Assembly: GCA_022784465.1 (NCBI GenBank)
Contig: JALFUR010000004.1
Span: 77,804-141,803, forward strand
Length of the DNA: 64,000 nt
DNA from: Christensenella sp.
Lineage (GTDB): Bacteria; Bacillota; Clostridia; Christensenellales; UBA3700
Direction: 5' to 3'
In this document: positions 20,067-28,668 of the stretch, in pieces
How positions within the stretch are numbered: the stretch's first letter is position 1
Layout: every line of letters begins with the position of its first letter
Translations under genes and position numbers: made by a program
Notes under the pieces: model-generated
Told to the model about the DNA's origin: nothing
What the model saw: the letters and a program-made list of their open reading frames with translations, nothing else
Databases searched by the model: none

Positions 20067-21545
20067 ATGGTAGACTCAAAAATTTATGAAGATATAGCTA
20101 AAAGAACAAATGGAGATATCTATATAGGAGTTGTAGGGCCAGTAAGAACTGGTAAGTCTTCTTTTATAAGACAATTTATGAATACTATGGTGTTGCCTAG
20201 TATTGACGAGGGCTCGAGAAAAGAAAGAATAATTGATGAATTACCTCAATCAGGAGACGGAAAAGTAATAATGACTACACAGCCAAAATTTGTGCCTGAT
20301 GGTGGAGTGAAAATAAAACTTAATAATACAGTTGAAACAAATATTAGACTTATAGATTGTGTTGGATATCCTTATGATGGAGTAAGTGGATTTATAGAAG
20401 AAGGCAAAGAAAGAAATATTCAAACTCCATGGTCTAATGTCGATATGCCTTTTAGCGAAGCTGCAATACTCGGAACAGATAAAGTTATGAAAGACCATTC
20501 TACAATTGGAATTGTTGTAACTCAAGATGGTTCAATTCAAGGAATAGATAGAAAATTATTTATTAATGAGGAAGAAGAAATTATTAATAAAATGAAAAGT
20601 TTAGAAAAGCCTTTTATTATTTTATTAAATAGTATAGATAAATATAACAAAAAAGCCATTGCTTTAAGAAATGAACTTGAAGAAAAGTATAATATGCCAG
20701 TAGTACTTGAAAATGTCCAAAAAATGGATGTAGAATCTTTTGAGAGAATACTAAATGAAATATTAAAAGAATTTCCACTAAAGTATATAGATATAGATAT
20801 ACCAAGATATCTAGAGGCATTGCCGAAAGATAATAAGATTATTATTCATATATTAGATAAGATAAGAAATGAGGCTGCAAATTTAAAGAAAATGAGCGAT
20901 TATGACTTATTTGAATCTATATTTAATGAAGATGAATATATTGATTCTACAAAAGTAAGCAACTTAGATTATGGTAGTGGAAAAATGCAAATTGAATTAG
21001 TTCCTAATCCAAAATTATTTTATGATGTCATATCTGATCAATCTGGACAAAATATTGAAGATGAATTTAAACTCATTTCTTACATTAAAGAATTGGCACA
21101 CGCAAAGAAAGAATATGAAAAGATTAAAAATGCCATTGAAGATGCTGATGAATATGGATATGGAATTGTAATTCCAAAAGAAAACGATATGATATACGAT
21201 GAACCTGATGTATATAAAAAGGGAAATAAGTGTTCAGTAAAGATGAAAGCTGAGGCATGTTCTTATCATATTATGAAGATAGATGTAGAGACTGAAGTAA
21301 GCCCAATTTTTGGAGGTAAAGGACAAAATGAAGAAATGGTTCAGTCTTGGCTTGATGGATTTGAAAATAATTATGATGAGTTATGGCAATCTAATATGTT
21401 TGGAAAAACTCTAAAAACTTTAGCTCAAGAAGGAATTGAGACAAAACTTACAACTTTATCTGATGATGTAAAGTTTAAAATGAGAAAAACTATAAATAAG
21501 ATTGTGAATGATGGGAAAGGTGGCGTAATTTGTTTGTTGTTGTAA
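20067..21545 (+). CDS. spoIVA: stage IV sporulation protein A
   Basis: Walker A GPVRTGKSSFI, with strong overall SpoIVA pattern and length (492 aa from ATG 20067, SD GGAGG). The GTG at 20040 in the ORF track lies inside the putative promoter. Confidence 0.92.
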   Translation: MVDSKIYEDIAKRTNGDIYIGVVGPVRTGKSSFIRQFMNTMVLPSIDEGSRKERIIDELPQSGDGKVIMTTQPKFVPDGGVKIKLNNTVETNIRLIDCVGYPYDGVSGFIEEGKERNIQTPWSNVDMPFSEAAILGTDKVMKDHSTIGIVVTQDGSIQGIDRKLFINEEEEIINKMKSLEKPFIILLNSIDKYNKKAIALRNELEEKYNMPVVLENVQKMDVESFERILNEILKEFPLKYIDIDIPRYLEALPKDNKIIIHILDKIRNEAANLKKMSDYDLFESIFNEDEYIDSTKVSNLDYGSGKMQIELVPNPKLFYDVISDQSGQNIEDEFKLISYIKELAHAKKEYEKIKNAIEDADEYGYGIVIPKENDMIYDEPDVYKKGNKCSVKMKAEACSYHIMKIDVETEVSPIFGGKGQNEEMVQSWLDGFENNYDELWQSNMFGKTLKTLAQEGIETKLTTLSDDVKFKMRKTINKIVNDGKGGVICLLL

Positions 21546-21593
21546 CCATATGAATCTATTTTCCATATTATGTTATAAGGGGGAATAGAATAT

Positions 21594-22124
21594 ATGAATT
21601 GTTGTAATAATTCAACTAGGTCTTGCCAATGTAATAGATGTAATTCTTGTTCTTATGGATGTGGATGGTATTCGGCTCCAAATTGTAGTAATAACTACTG
21701 TAGTTATTGCCAACCTATTCAAACTACAACAACAAATAGACTTGCTACAGGATATTTTACAAGCGCCGCATCAACTGTTGCTGCAAATGAGACGGTGCCT
21801 CTTTCAGGGAATATAATTGTTGGCAATATTCAAAATATATCAGCAGGAAGCAATGGAGCGATTTTGCAACCTGGAACATATGCCATTGAATATTCAACAA
21901 CAGGTTCGTCCGCAAGTGGAATATCTGTTGGATTGAAAGTAAATGGCGTTACTCAAACGCAATTTACTCAATCATCAACTTTGGCGACAACAACTAATAC
22001 AAATGTTGCAGGAAATGGGGTAATAAGTGTAACTAGTCCTAATAGTGTTGTTACATTATTTAATAATGGAGCAGATACGACAACTTTTACAAATACAAAT
22101 TTGGTGATTAGGCAAGTAATTTAA
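21594..22124 (+). CDS. Cys-rich N-terminus + BclA-C-terminal-like (TNF/C1q-like) spore surface protein
   Basis: 176 aa with 10 Cys in the first 41 aa. The C-terminal ~125 aa follow the BclA_C pattern (L.PGTY.I.Y......G..V.L.VNG......., V.L.N.......N..L.I..). No collagen GXX repeats. Confidence 0.55.
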   Translation: MNCCNNSTRSCQCNRCNSCSYGCGWYSAPNCSNNYCSYCQPIQTTTTNRLATGYFTSAASTVAANETVPLSGNIIVGNIQNISAGSNGAILQPGTYAIEYSTTGSSASGISVGLKVNGVTQTQFTQSSTLATTTNTNVAGNGVISVTSPNSVVTLFNNGADTTTFTNTNLVIRQVI

Positions 22125-22131
22125 AATGATT

Positions 22132-22163
22132 AGGCAAGTGATAAAACTTGCCTGATTTTATTT
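22132..22163 (+). terminator. rho-independent terminator
   Basis: aggcaagt / acttgcct 8-bp stem, 6-nt loop, T-rich tail. Confidence 0.65.
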
Positions 22164-22187
22164 AAAGAGCATATAATAGTACTTGCT

Positions 22188-23132
22188 ATGAATAAAGAGA
22201 CAATTAAAAGATCATTATTTTGCTTACTTGCTGCTGTGGTTTGGGGTATTTCTTTTGTATCTCAAAGAAGTGCAATGGAACAAGACATGGGGCCTTTTAC
22301 ATTCAATGGAATTAGAATGTTGCTTGGCTCATTAGTTTTGATTCCTTTTATCTTTATAATTAGAGCAAAAGGCGAATATAAGACTTTTGATTTGACAAAG
22401 AAAAAAGAATATAACAAAAACACAATTATTGGCGGATTACTTTGCGGAATTGTGCTTTGTATTGCTACTAACTTGCAACAATTTGGTATTGTTGATATGG
22501 AAGCTGGCAAAACAGGGTTTATTACCGCACTTTATATTGTATTAGTACCAATTGCTGGTATATTTTTGAAAAAGAAGCCATCAATTTTACTAGCTATTTC
22601 TGTTCCACTTGCAGTAGCAGGTTTGTATTTGCTATGTATGGTTGGAACTAAATTTACTTTTGGTATTCCAGAACTACTAGTATTTATGTGTGCAATAGTG
22701 TTTACAGTTCATATCTTTATTATTGACTATTTCGCTCCAAAGGCTGATGGCGTTGCAATGAGCTGTATCCAATTTGCATTTGTTGGTGTTGTATCGTCTA
22801 TATTAATGTTTATATTTGAAGATCCACAAATATCTTTAATTAAAGAGTGTTGGTTAGAAATTGCTTATGCTGGAGTTATGAGTTGTGGTGTTGCGTACAC
22901 ATTCCAAATTCTTGGCCAAAAGAATCTTAATCCAACAGTTGCTTCTTTAATTTTATCTTTAGAATCGTGTGTTTCTGTACTATCTGGTTGGATTATATTA
23001 AATGAGCAATTATCTGTATATCAGATATGGGGTTGCGTACTTATGTTTATAGCAATTATTCTTGCTCAAATACCATTAAAACTAAAAAAGAAAAATAAAT
23101 TAAGTCAAGATGAAAGCAGCAATAATTCTTAA
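22188..23132 (+). CDS. DMT-superfamily (EamA) transporter
   Basis: 314 aa, about 10 TM helices in two EamA-like halves. Confidence 0.8.
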   Translation: MNKETIKRSLFCLLAAVVWGISFVSQRSAMEQDMGPFTFNGIRMLLGSLVLIPFIFIIRAKGEYKTFDLTKKKEYNKNTIIGGLLCGIVLCIATNLQQFGIVDMEAGKTGFITALYIVLVPIAGIFLKKKPSILLAISVPLAVAGLYLLCMVGTKFTFGIPELLVFMCAIVFTVHIFIIDYFAPKADGVAMSCIQFAFVGVVSSILMFIFEDPQISLIKECWLEIAYAGVMSCGVAYTFQILGQKNLNPTVASLILSLESCVSVLSGWIILNEQLSVYQIWGCVLMFIAIILAQIPLKLKKKNKLSQDESSNNS

Positions 23133-23709
23133 TTCTCCAAATTTAAATAGACATATTGACGAAGAGGTTGTAATAGCCGCAGATAAAGGCTATGAATTTG
23201 CTCTAAAGCAAGGCATTATACCTGATATTGTTATAGGAGATTTTGATTCGTCTGCTATTCCAACAAACTTGAATGTTTTAAAACTTAATGTTGAAAAAAA
23301 CGAAACAGATGGGCAAGAAGCTTTAGCTTATGCTATAAAAAAAGGGTATGATGAGATTGCAATTTATGGTATAAGTGGTGGAAGACTTGACCATGAGATG
23401 GGCAATTTAAGCTTATTAAAAAGCGGAGAAGAGCAAGGTGTGTCTATGGTCGGAAAAGAATACGATGTAGACATATATTTTAAATCTAAAGGCAAATATG
23501 CGTTTAAAACTCAAAAAGGAAAAGAATTTTCAATAATTACATTTATGGAAGATTCTATCATTTCAAACGGCATTGGGGTTAAATATCCAATTGATGATTT
23601 GCGTTTATCGTCCAACAGTTTAGGAAGAGCCATTTCAAATGTAGCAATAAAAGATGAGATATCTTTTGAAGTGCTTGAAGGTGGCGTTTTAATATTTTTA
23701 TATAGATAG
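23110..23709 (+). CDS. thiN: thiamine diphosphokinase
   Basis: 199 aa. ADKGY...PD...GDFDS...K..TD.E.A motif string typical of TPK. 23-nt overlap with the upstream gene. Confidence 0.8.
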   Translation: MKAAIILNSPNLNRHIDEEVVIAADKGYEFALKQGIIPDIVIGDFDSSAIPTNLNVLKLNVEKNETDGQEALAYAIKKGYDEIAIYGISGGRLDHEMGNLSLLKSGEEQGVSMVGKEYDVDIYFKSKGKYAFKTQKGKEFSIITFMEDSIISNGIGVKYPIDDLRLSSNSLGRAISNVAIKDEISFEVLEGGVLIFLYR

Positions 23710-23714
23710 TAAAA

Positions 23715-23745
23715 AATAGCGCTAGCTTTAAAAGTTAGCGCTATT
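23715..23745. terminator. bidirectional terminator between thiN and thiT
   Basis: aatagcgcta / tagcgctatt 10-bp stem, flanked by an A-run (left) and a T-rich tail (right). Confidence 0.75.
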
Positions 23746-23761
23746 GCTTATTTTTCATTAA

Positions 23762-24754
23762 TTAAGCATCTACAGTTGTGTTTTCAATTTGATCTAAAAT
23801 TTGTTTTTTATCTAATTGATCACTTGTTATATTTTGAATTAGATTTAATACTTGTTTAGAAGATAGTAGTGCAACAGAAGCAACTAATGCTATAGCAGCG
23901 TCTGGGGCAACATATAGAATGTTGTAAACAAGGCTGTAAGTCCAGATGTTTGTAAATGTTTCTGGTGCCCAAACTCCGAAGAATACTGCACCTGATATAA
24001 AGTGAGATAAAAATCTTCCAACAACACCTACTAATAAGCCAAGAGGTAGAGCAAATATTGGTTTTAATATTTTTCTAAATAATCCACCAGCCATTCCTAC
24101 AAATCCAAAAGCAATAACATAGTCTAATAAGAATTGTAATGTATGATAGAAATATGGATCTTGAATGAATTGAAGTAGACCATAAATCATGCCGGCAATT
24201 AGTCCGTTTTTAGAACCATACATATATGAATATAAGGCAAGAGGCAACAATGAAGCTAAAGTTATAGAACCACCATATGGAGCTTTGAATAATCTAATAT
24301 AAGATAATCCAAATGATAGGGCAATACAAATAGCTGCATAAGTTAATTGCTTTGTAACATTAGATGAATTAAACATTTTTGATTTTCTATCTACAACAAA
24401 AGGTGTAGCAATTAATACTATAGCCAAAATTATTGTTCCAATAATTGCAACAGATAGATAATCTAATTGTTCAAGCCAAGCTCTGCAATCCACATTTTCA
24501 ATTTTATAGGCATCGTCTTTTGCGTCTATTACGACATTTGCAATAACAATAGATAGGGCAAAAGCGCAAGCAACTAAAGCTGAAATTAAGATTGATTTTT
24601 TCAAATAATCAGGTTTTGTAAACTTGATTACAACATTTGCAATAATAATAACTCCAAGAAGAACTAATGCACAAATAAGTTCAATGCCGCGCATTTCAGT
24701 TACATTGAAGTAATTTGTATATTGCAAATCACCACAAATTAAAAAGTTAAACAT
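23762..24754 (-). CDS. thiT: ECF-type thiamine transporter S-component ThiT with N-terminal 3-TM extension
   Basis: The C-terminal ~195 aa look ThiT-like and sit behind a TPP riboswitch. The N-terminal ~135 aa add extra TM helices. The full-length start has SD AAAGGAG 7 nt upstream. Confidence 0.7.
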   Translation of the reverse strand: MFNFLICGDLQYTNYFNVTEMRGIELICALVLLGVIIIANVVIKFTKPDYLKKSILISALVACAFALSIVIANVVIDAKDDAYKIENVDCRAWLEQLDYLSVAIIGTIILAIVLIATPFVVDRKSKMFNSSNVTKQLTYAAICIALSFGLSYIRLFKAPYGGSITLASLLPLALYSYMYGSKNGLIAGMIYGLLQFIQDPYFYHTLQFLLDYVIAFGFVGMAGGLFRKILKPIFALPLGLLVGVVGRFLSHFISGAVFFGVWAPETFTNIWTYSLVYNILYVAPDAAIALVASVALLSSKQVLNLIQNITSDQLDKKQILDQIENTTVDA

Positions 24755-24757
24755 AAA

Positions 24758-24878
24758 AAAACTCCTTTAGCTAAGGAGAACTTTTAGGGAAATATAATAA
24801 ATTTACTTCCTTTCGCAAGAATTATCTTGTCCAAGTTCAAAGGGTATAATCTCAGCCACTTTGGCACCCCTAGCTACT
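24758..24878 (-). promoter_or_regulatory. TPP (THI-box) riboswitch with SD-sequestering hairpin
   Basis: The reverse complement reads CUAGGGGUGCCAAAGUGGCUGAGAUUAUACCCUUUGAACUUGGACAAGAUAAUUCUUGCGAAAGGAAG. This matches the conserved GGGGUGC, GCUGAGA, ACCCUUUGAAC and GCG.AGGAA blocks. Downstream, CUCCUU-AGCUA-AAGGAG (24762-24778) pairs with the SD. Confidence 0.88.
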
Positions 24879-24947
24879 AAAAATGATATATCTATCTTGA
24901 TTTTTATGTCAATTGAAATTTGTAGCATTTTTATCTATAATAAAGTT

Positions 24948-25829
24948 ATGTGTGAAGTGTTGTTGAAAGTTGAAGATTTATCTATGAAATATTTTGGAGG
25001 GAACTGGGGAGTTAAAGTTGCCTCTTTTAGTTTAAATGCTAATGAGCATATGGTTTTATTAGGTAAGTCATTATCTGGAAAAACTTCGCTTCTTCGCGCA
25101 ATTGCTGGTCTTGAAAAATATAACGGAAATATATCTTTTTCTAAAGATGTGTCTAAAAATTTGGCTTTTTCTTTTGATTTAAATAGCTTGCCTAAACATG
25201 ATAAAGTTTATGATGTTCTTGCTTATCCGCTTATAATTAGAAAAGAAAATAACATAGATGAGATTGTTAAAGCTCAAGCAAAAAAATATAAGCTTAATAA
25301 TATATTAGATTGTAAGGTAAATAAAATCTCTCAAGATTATAAAAAAATACTTTTACTTGCAAGATGTATGATTAGACAAAATGATTTATATTTAATAGAT
25401 AATCCACTTAAGGATATGGATGAGAAATTAAGGCAAGAAATCTTTGAAATATTCTTATTAGATTCTAAAGATAAATGTGTAATATACTCTACAGATAATT
25501 ATTTAGAAGCAATAAAAATGAATTGCAAAATCGCAATTATGGCATATTCTCAATTGATCCAATTTGACACTTTGGACAATTTAACTAGTAAACCAAAAAA
25601 TAGAATGGTTTTAGAAAATCTAGGACATAATGAATATATAATAGGGAAGCTAATAAAGAAAGAAGAAAAGTTTTATGCACAAATAGAAAATGAATATATT
25701 AACGTTTTAGAGCCAATATGTGATATATTTATTAATAAAGAGATATTATTAATTATAAATAATAATATAATAAGAAATGACATATATTTTGATAAAGATA
25801 CAGATTATTTAATTTGTAAAATGGAGTAA
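24948..25829 (+). CDS. degenerate ABC-type ATPase-like protein (orphan)
   Basis: Walker A GKSLSGKT is present. The signature is ISQDYKK instead of LSGGQ, and Walker B is LYLIDNP (no catalytic Glu). Start moved to ATG 24948, because the longer ORF overlaps the riboswitch on the other strand. Confidence 0.6.
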   Translation: MCEVLLKVEDLSMKYFGGNWGVKVASFSLNANEHMVLLGKSLSGKTSLLRAIAGLEKYNGNISFSKDVSKNLAFSFDLNSLPKHDKVYDVLAYPLIIRKENNIDEIVKAQAKKYKLNNILDCKVNKISQDYKKILLLARCMIRQNDLYLIDNPLKDMDEKLRQEIFEIFLLDSKDKCVIYSTDNYLEAIKMNCKIAIMAYSQLIQFDTLDNLTSKPKNRMVLENLGHNEYIIGKLIKKEEKFYAQIENEYINVLEPICDIFINKEILLIINNNIIRNDIYFDKDTDYLICKME

Positions 25830-25834
25830 ATATT

Positions 25835-27262
25835 ATGGAACAAGAAGATATTTTTCAAGAAAATAAAAAGCCTATTTTTGTTGATTACTCTACAAGCGTG
25901 GATAACACAACAGACCCAAATAATAAAAAGAAAAAAATAATTACTATAACTGCAATTGTTCTTGTTGCCTTGATTGTGATGTCTTCAATGTTTGTAGTTG
26001 GATATTTTTCTGGAAAGAAGGCAAGTATGGACGCAGATATGCCACTACTTGTTGAAGCATACGAATTAGTTAAAAAATATTATTATGAAGATATAGATTG
26101 GGAAACATTCCAAGTTATTGCAGCTGAGCAATTTTTTAGCAGCGTTGATGACTTTACGTTTATGTCTGAGTATGACTATACAACAGCAAGTATTGCGCTA
26201 GGAATGAATATTTCAAGTACAATATATAACGAACATAAAATAGAATATATTGTTCCTTCCTCTCCTGTAGAGCTTGCATCATCTAATACAAAATACGAGA
26301 CAAATGATTTTTCTGGATTAGGAACAACTGTTGAAGACCCTGTAAAGATTGAAATAGGGGATAAGATTTATGCAATTTCTATTAATAATTTGGCACCTAC
26401 AAAAGTAGAGGGAGCAAGCGCTGCACTTCTTTCTGCGTTTATCTCAAAAAGCGATGATGTTATCTTGTATATTCAAAAGAGCAATGGATATGATGCATAT
26501 TATAGTGGATATTATGAATTTAGTTTAACAAAGGATTTAATTGTATCAAAACAAGCATTTTATTTTGATTCAGAGCAAATTAATGATCCTACAAATACTA
26601 CTTCAATGATTAAACTTTCAGCTTTCCAAAAAACAGCAGTTAAAGATTTTTCAGAATGTATAGATCAATTTATTGAGAGTGGTAATACAAACTTAATATT
26701 AGATTTAAGATCAAATGGAGGAGGAGATTCACAAATCCTTGGATTTATTGCAGCTTGCTTGTTACAGGGCGCTGGTTCAACTGACTTAAAACTTGCAAAA
26801 TATGTATATAATACAGGTAATGGTATATTCGACGAAACGTTCTTTACCACTCAACACTCATATACAGACGACGATGGAAATGAATATACTGCAAAGAATT
26901 TGCCAGCACTTATAAATAATTTTAAGGTAACAATATTATGTAATGGTGGTTCCGCTTCTTGTTCTGAAGTTTTAATCGGTGCATTAATGCATTATAACCA
27001 ATCTCAAATTGTAGGAAGTAAAACATATGGAAAAGGAGTTGGTCAAACTGTTCGTCCTTTATCTGATGGAGAACATTATGTTCATATAACAAATGGCAAA
27101 TATTATATTCCAACATATGAAAATGATGTAGAGGTTTGGACAACATCTATTCATGGCGAAGGATTTACTCCTGAGGCTGTAAATAAAATACCTACAAGTT
27201 CAGTAAGACCATATAAAACAGATTTATATATACAACGTGCACTTACATTGTTGACTGCATAG
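25835..27262 (+). CDS. S41 family (C-terminal processing) peptidase, membrane-anchored
   Basis: 475 aa. N-terminal TM helix. LILDLRSNGGG and GGSASCSEVL..AL (Ser) plus G..TYGKG (Lys) motifs. Confidence 0.82.
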   Translation: MEQEDIFQENKKPIFVDYSTSVDNTTDPNNKKKKIITITAIVLVALIVMSSMFVVGYFSGKKASMDADMPLLVEAYELVKKYYYEDIDWETFQVIAAEQFFSSVDDFTFMSEYDYTTASIALGMNISSTIYNEHKIEYIVPSSPVELASSNTKYETNDFSGLGTTVEDPVKIEIGDKIYAISINNLAPTKVEGASAALLSAFISKSDDVILYIQKSNGYDAYYSGYYEFSLTKDLIVSKQAFYFDSEQINDPTNTTSMIKLSAFQKTAVKDFSECIDQFIESGNTNLILDLRSNGGGDSQILGFIAACLLQGAGSTDLKLAKYVYNTGNGIFDETFFTTQHSYTDDDGNEYTAKNLPALINNFKVTILCNGGSASCSEVLIGALMHYNQSQIVGSKTYGKGVGQTVRPLSDGEHYVHITNGKYYIPTYENDVEVWTTSIHGEGFTPEAVNKIPTSSVRPYKTDLYIQRALTLLTA

Positions 27263-27279
27263 CTTAGTATATGTATAAT
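27251..27279 (+). promoter_or_regulatory. near-consensus sigma-A promoter overlapping the end of the S41 gene
   Basis: TTGACT (27251-27256), 17-nt spacer, TATAAT (27274-27279). Confidence 0.6.
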
Positions 27280-27378
27280 GAAGACGATCTTATTTAAGGA
27301 TTCATTCTTAAATCAGATAAATAAACACTAAATCGATGAGTTTTCGGAGAGTAAGATAAAAATTATATATTGAATTTT

Positions 27379-27405
27379 ATAATCCGCAAACGCGGATTAT
27401 TTTTT
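27379..27405 (+). terminator. intrinsic terminator / attenuator 17 nt upstream of the next start codon
   Basis: ataatccgc / gcggattat 9-bp perfect stem, loop aaac, TTTTT. Followed by SD GGAGG (27412-27416) and ATG 27423. Confidence 0.8.
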
Positions 27406-27422
27406 ATACTTGGAGGTCAAAA

Positions 27423-27674
27423 ATGACAAAAATTGGAGTAGTAGGAATTGTCTTAAAAGCAGACAAAGACATTGTAAATAGCGTTCAAAGCGTTATAACA
27501 CAACATTCTGATATTATTACAGGAAGAATGGGAATACCAGATAAAGAATGTGGCATTAATACAATTAGTTTGATTGTAAAGGGCACAAACGAGCAAATAT
27601 CTGCACTAACTGGAAAGCTTGGAAGAATTAAAGATGTTTCAGTAAAAAGTGCTGTAGTAACAATGGAGGTATAG
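27423..27674 (+). CDS. small ACT/CopG-like regulator (TM1266-like family)
   Basis: 83 aa. The IGVVGIV...ITGRMGIP.....NTISLIV.G....I.ALTGKLGRI..V pattern recalls the TM1266 family. Family assignment is from memory only. Confidence 0.5.
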   Translation: MTKIGVVGIVLKADKDIVNSVQSVITQHSDIITGRMGIPDKECGINTISLIVKGTNEQISALTGKLGRIKDVSVKSAVVTMEV

Positions 27675-27675
27675 T

Positions 27676-28668
27676 ATGAAAAAGAGTATTTCTTTGATTA
27701 TAATCGTATTGCTATTAGCTACACTTTGCGTATTTTCTATATCTTGTGATAAAGAAGAAGTTGAAGTTACAGAAATCTCAATAGTTGCTCCAGATGGAGC
27801 TCCAGCTCTTGCTATTTCAAGTCTAATTAAAGACAAAGAAATTGATGCTATTAAAGTAAATGCAAATGTTGTTTCCGCCTCTACAATTGGTCAAGAAGCT
27901 ATAAAGTCAGATTTTGCCATAATGCCAGTAAATGCGGCTGCTAAATTATATAACAATGGCGCGCAAATTAAAGTTGTATCTACAGTTACAAATGGCAATT
28001 TATTTATTTTATCTTCTATAGATAATCCAGATTTTTCGCTTCAATCTCTAAAGGGAAAAATGTTTTATTCAATTGGACAAGCAGCAGTACCTGCAGCAAT
28101 TTTGATTTCTTTGCTACAAAATGCAAATATTGAATATGAAGAAGGGGAGGAAGCTATTGAAAACAAAGTTTGTATAAAATATGTAGCAGATGGAGCTGCA
28201 TTATTACCATTTTTAATGCAAGCTAAACAAAAAGGCGAAGAGGTATATGGATTACTTGCAGAGCCTGCAGTATCTAAAGCTGTGACAAAAGGATTATATA
28301 ATGTTGCTGATGTTCAAGATTTATATAAGACAATGCAAGGAGCAACAACAAAAGGATTTGCTCAAGCGGTTTTAGTATGCAAATCTACAACGAATGAAGC
28401 TGTTGTTAAAAAAGTTATAAAAGCGTTGCAAGATAATGTTGCATATGTTGAATCAAATCCACAAGAAGCAGTTAGAAATATAAGTGGCATTTTCGCTACA
28501 ACATTAAATGAAGATATAAGCGTTGATGCGATAAAAGGTTGTAACATTAGAGTCGATGGTTTTAGAGAAGGCTATAGTTATATTGATTTGTCTTTAAAGG
28601 CAATGAATCAAGCCGATAGTTCGCTTGTAGGAGAAGTTCCTGCTCTTAACAGTGAATTTTATTATTAA
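27676..28668 (+). CDS. ABC transporter substrate-binding lipoprotein (NMT1/THI5-SsuA-like)
   Basis: Lipobox FSISC. 330 aa periplasmic-binding fold. First gene of the SBP-permease-ATPase set. Confidence 0.7.
   Translation: MKKSISLIIIVLLLATLCVFSISCDKEEVEVTEISIVAPDGAPALAISSLIKDKEIDAIKVNANVVSASTIGQEAIKSDFAIMPVNAAAKLYNNGAQIKVVSTVTNGNLFILSSIDNPDFSLQSLKGKMFYSIGQAAVPAAILISLLQNANIEYEEGEEAIENKVCIKYVADGAALLPFLMQAKQKGEEVYGLLAEPAVSKAVTKGLYNVADVQDLYKTMQGATTKGFAQAVLVCKSTTNEAVVKKVIKALQDNVAYVESNPQEAVRNISGIFATTLNEDISVDAIKGCNIRVDGFREGYSYIDLSLKAMNQADSSLVGEVPALNSEFYY

Noticed and set aside
24861-24947. N-terminal 29-codon extension of the ABC-like ORF
   Set aside because: It overlaps the TPP riboswitch aptamer on the opposite strand and has no SD. 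The conserved ATPase fold begins after Met-30.
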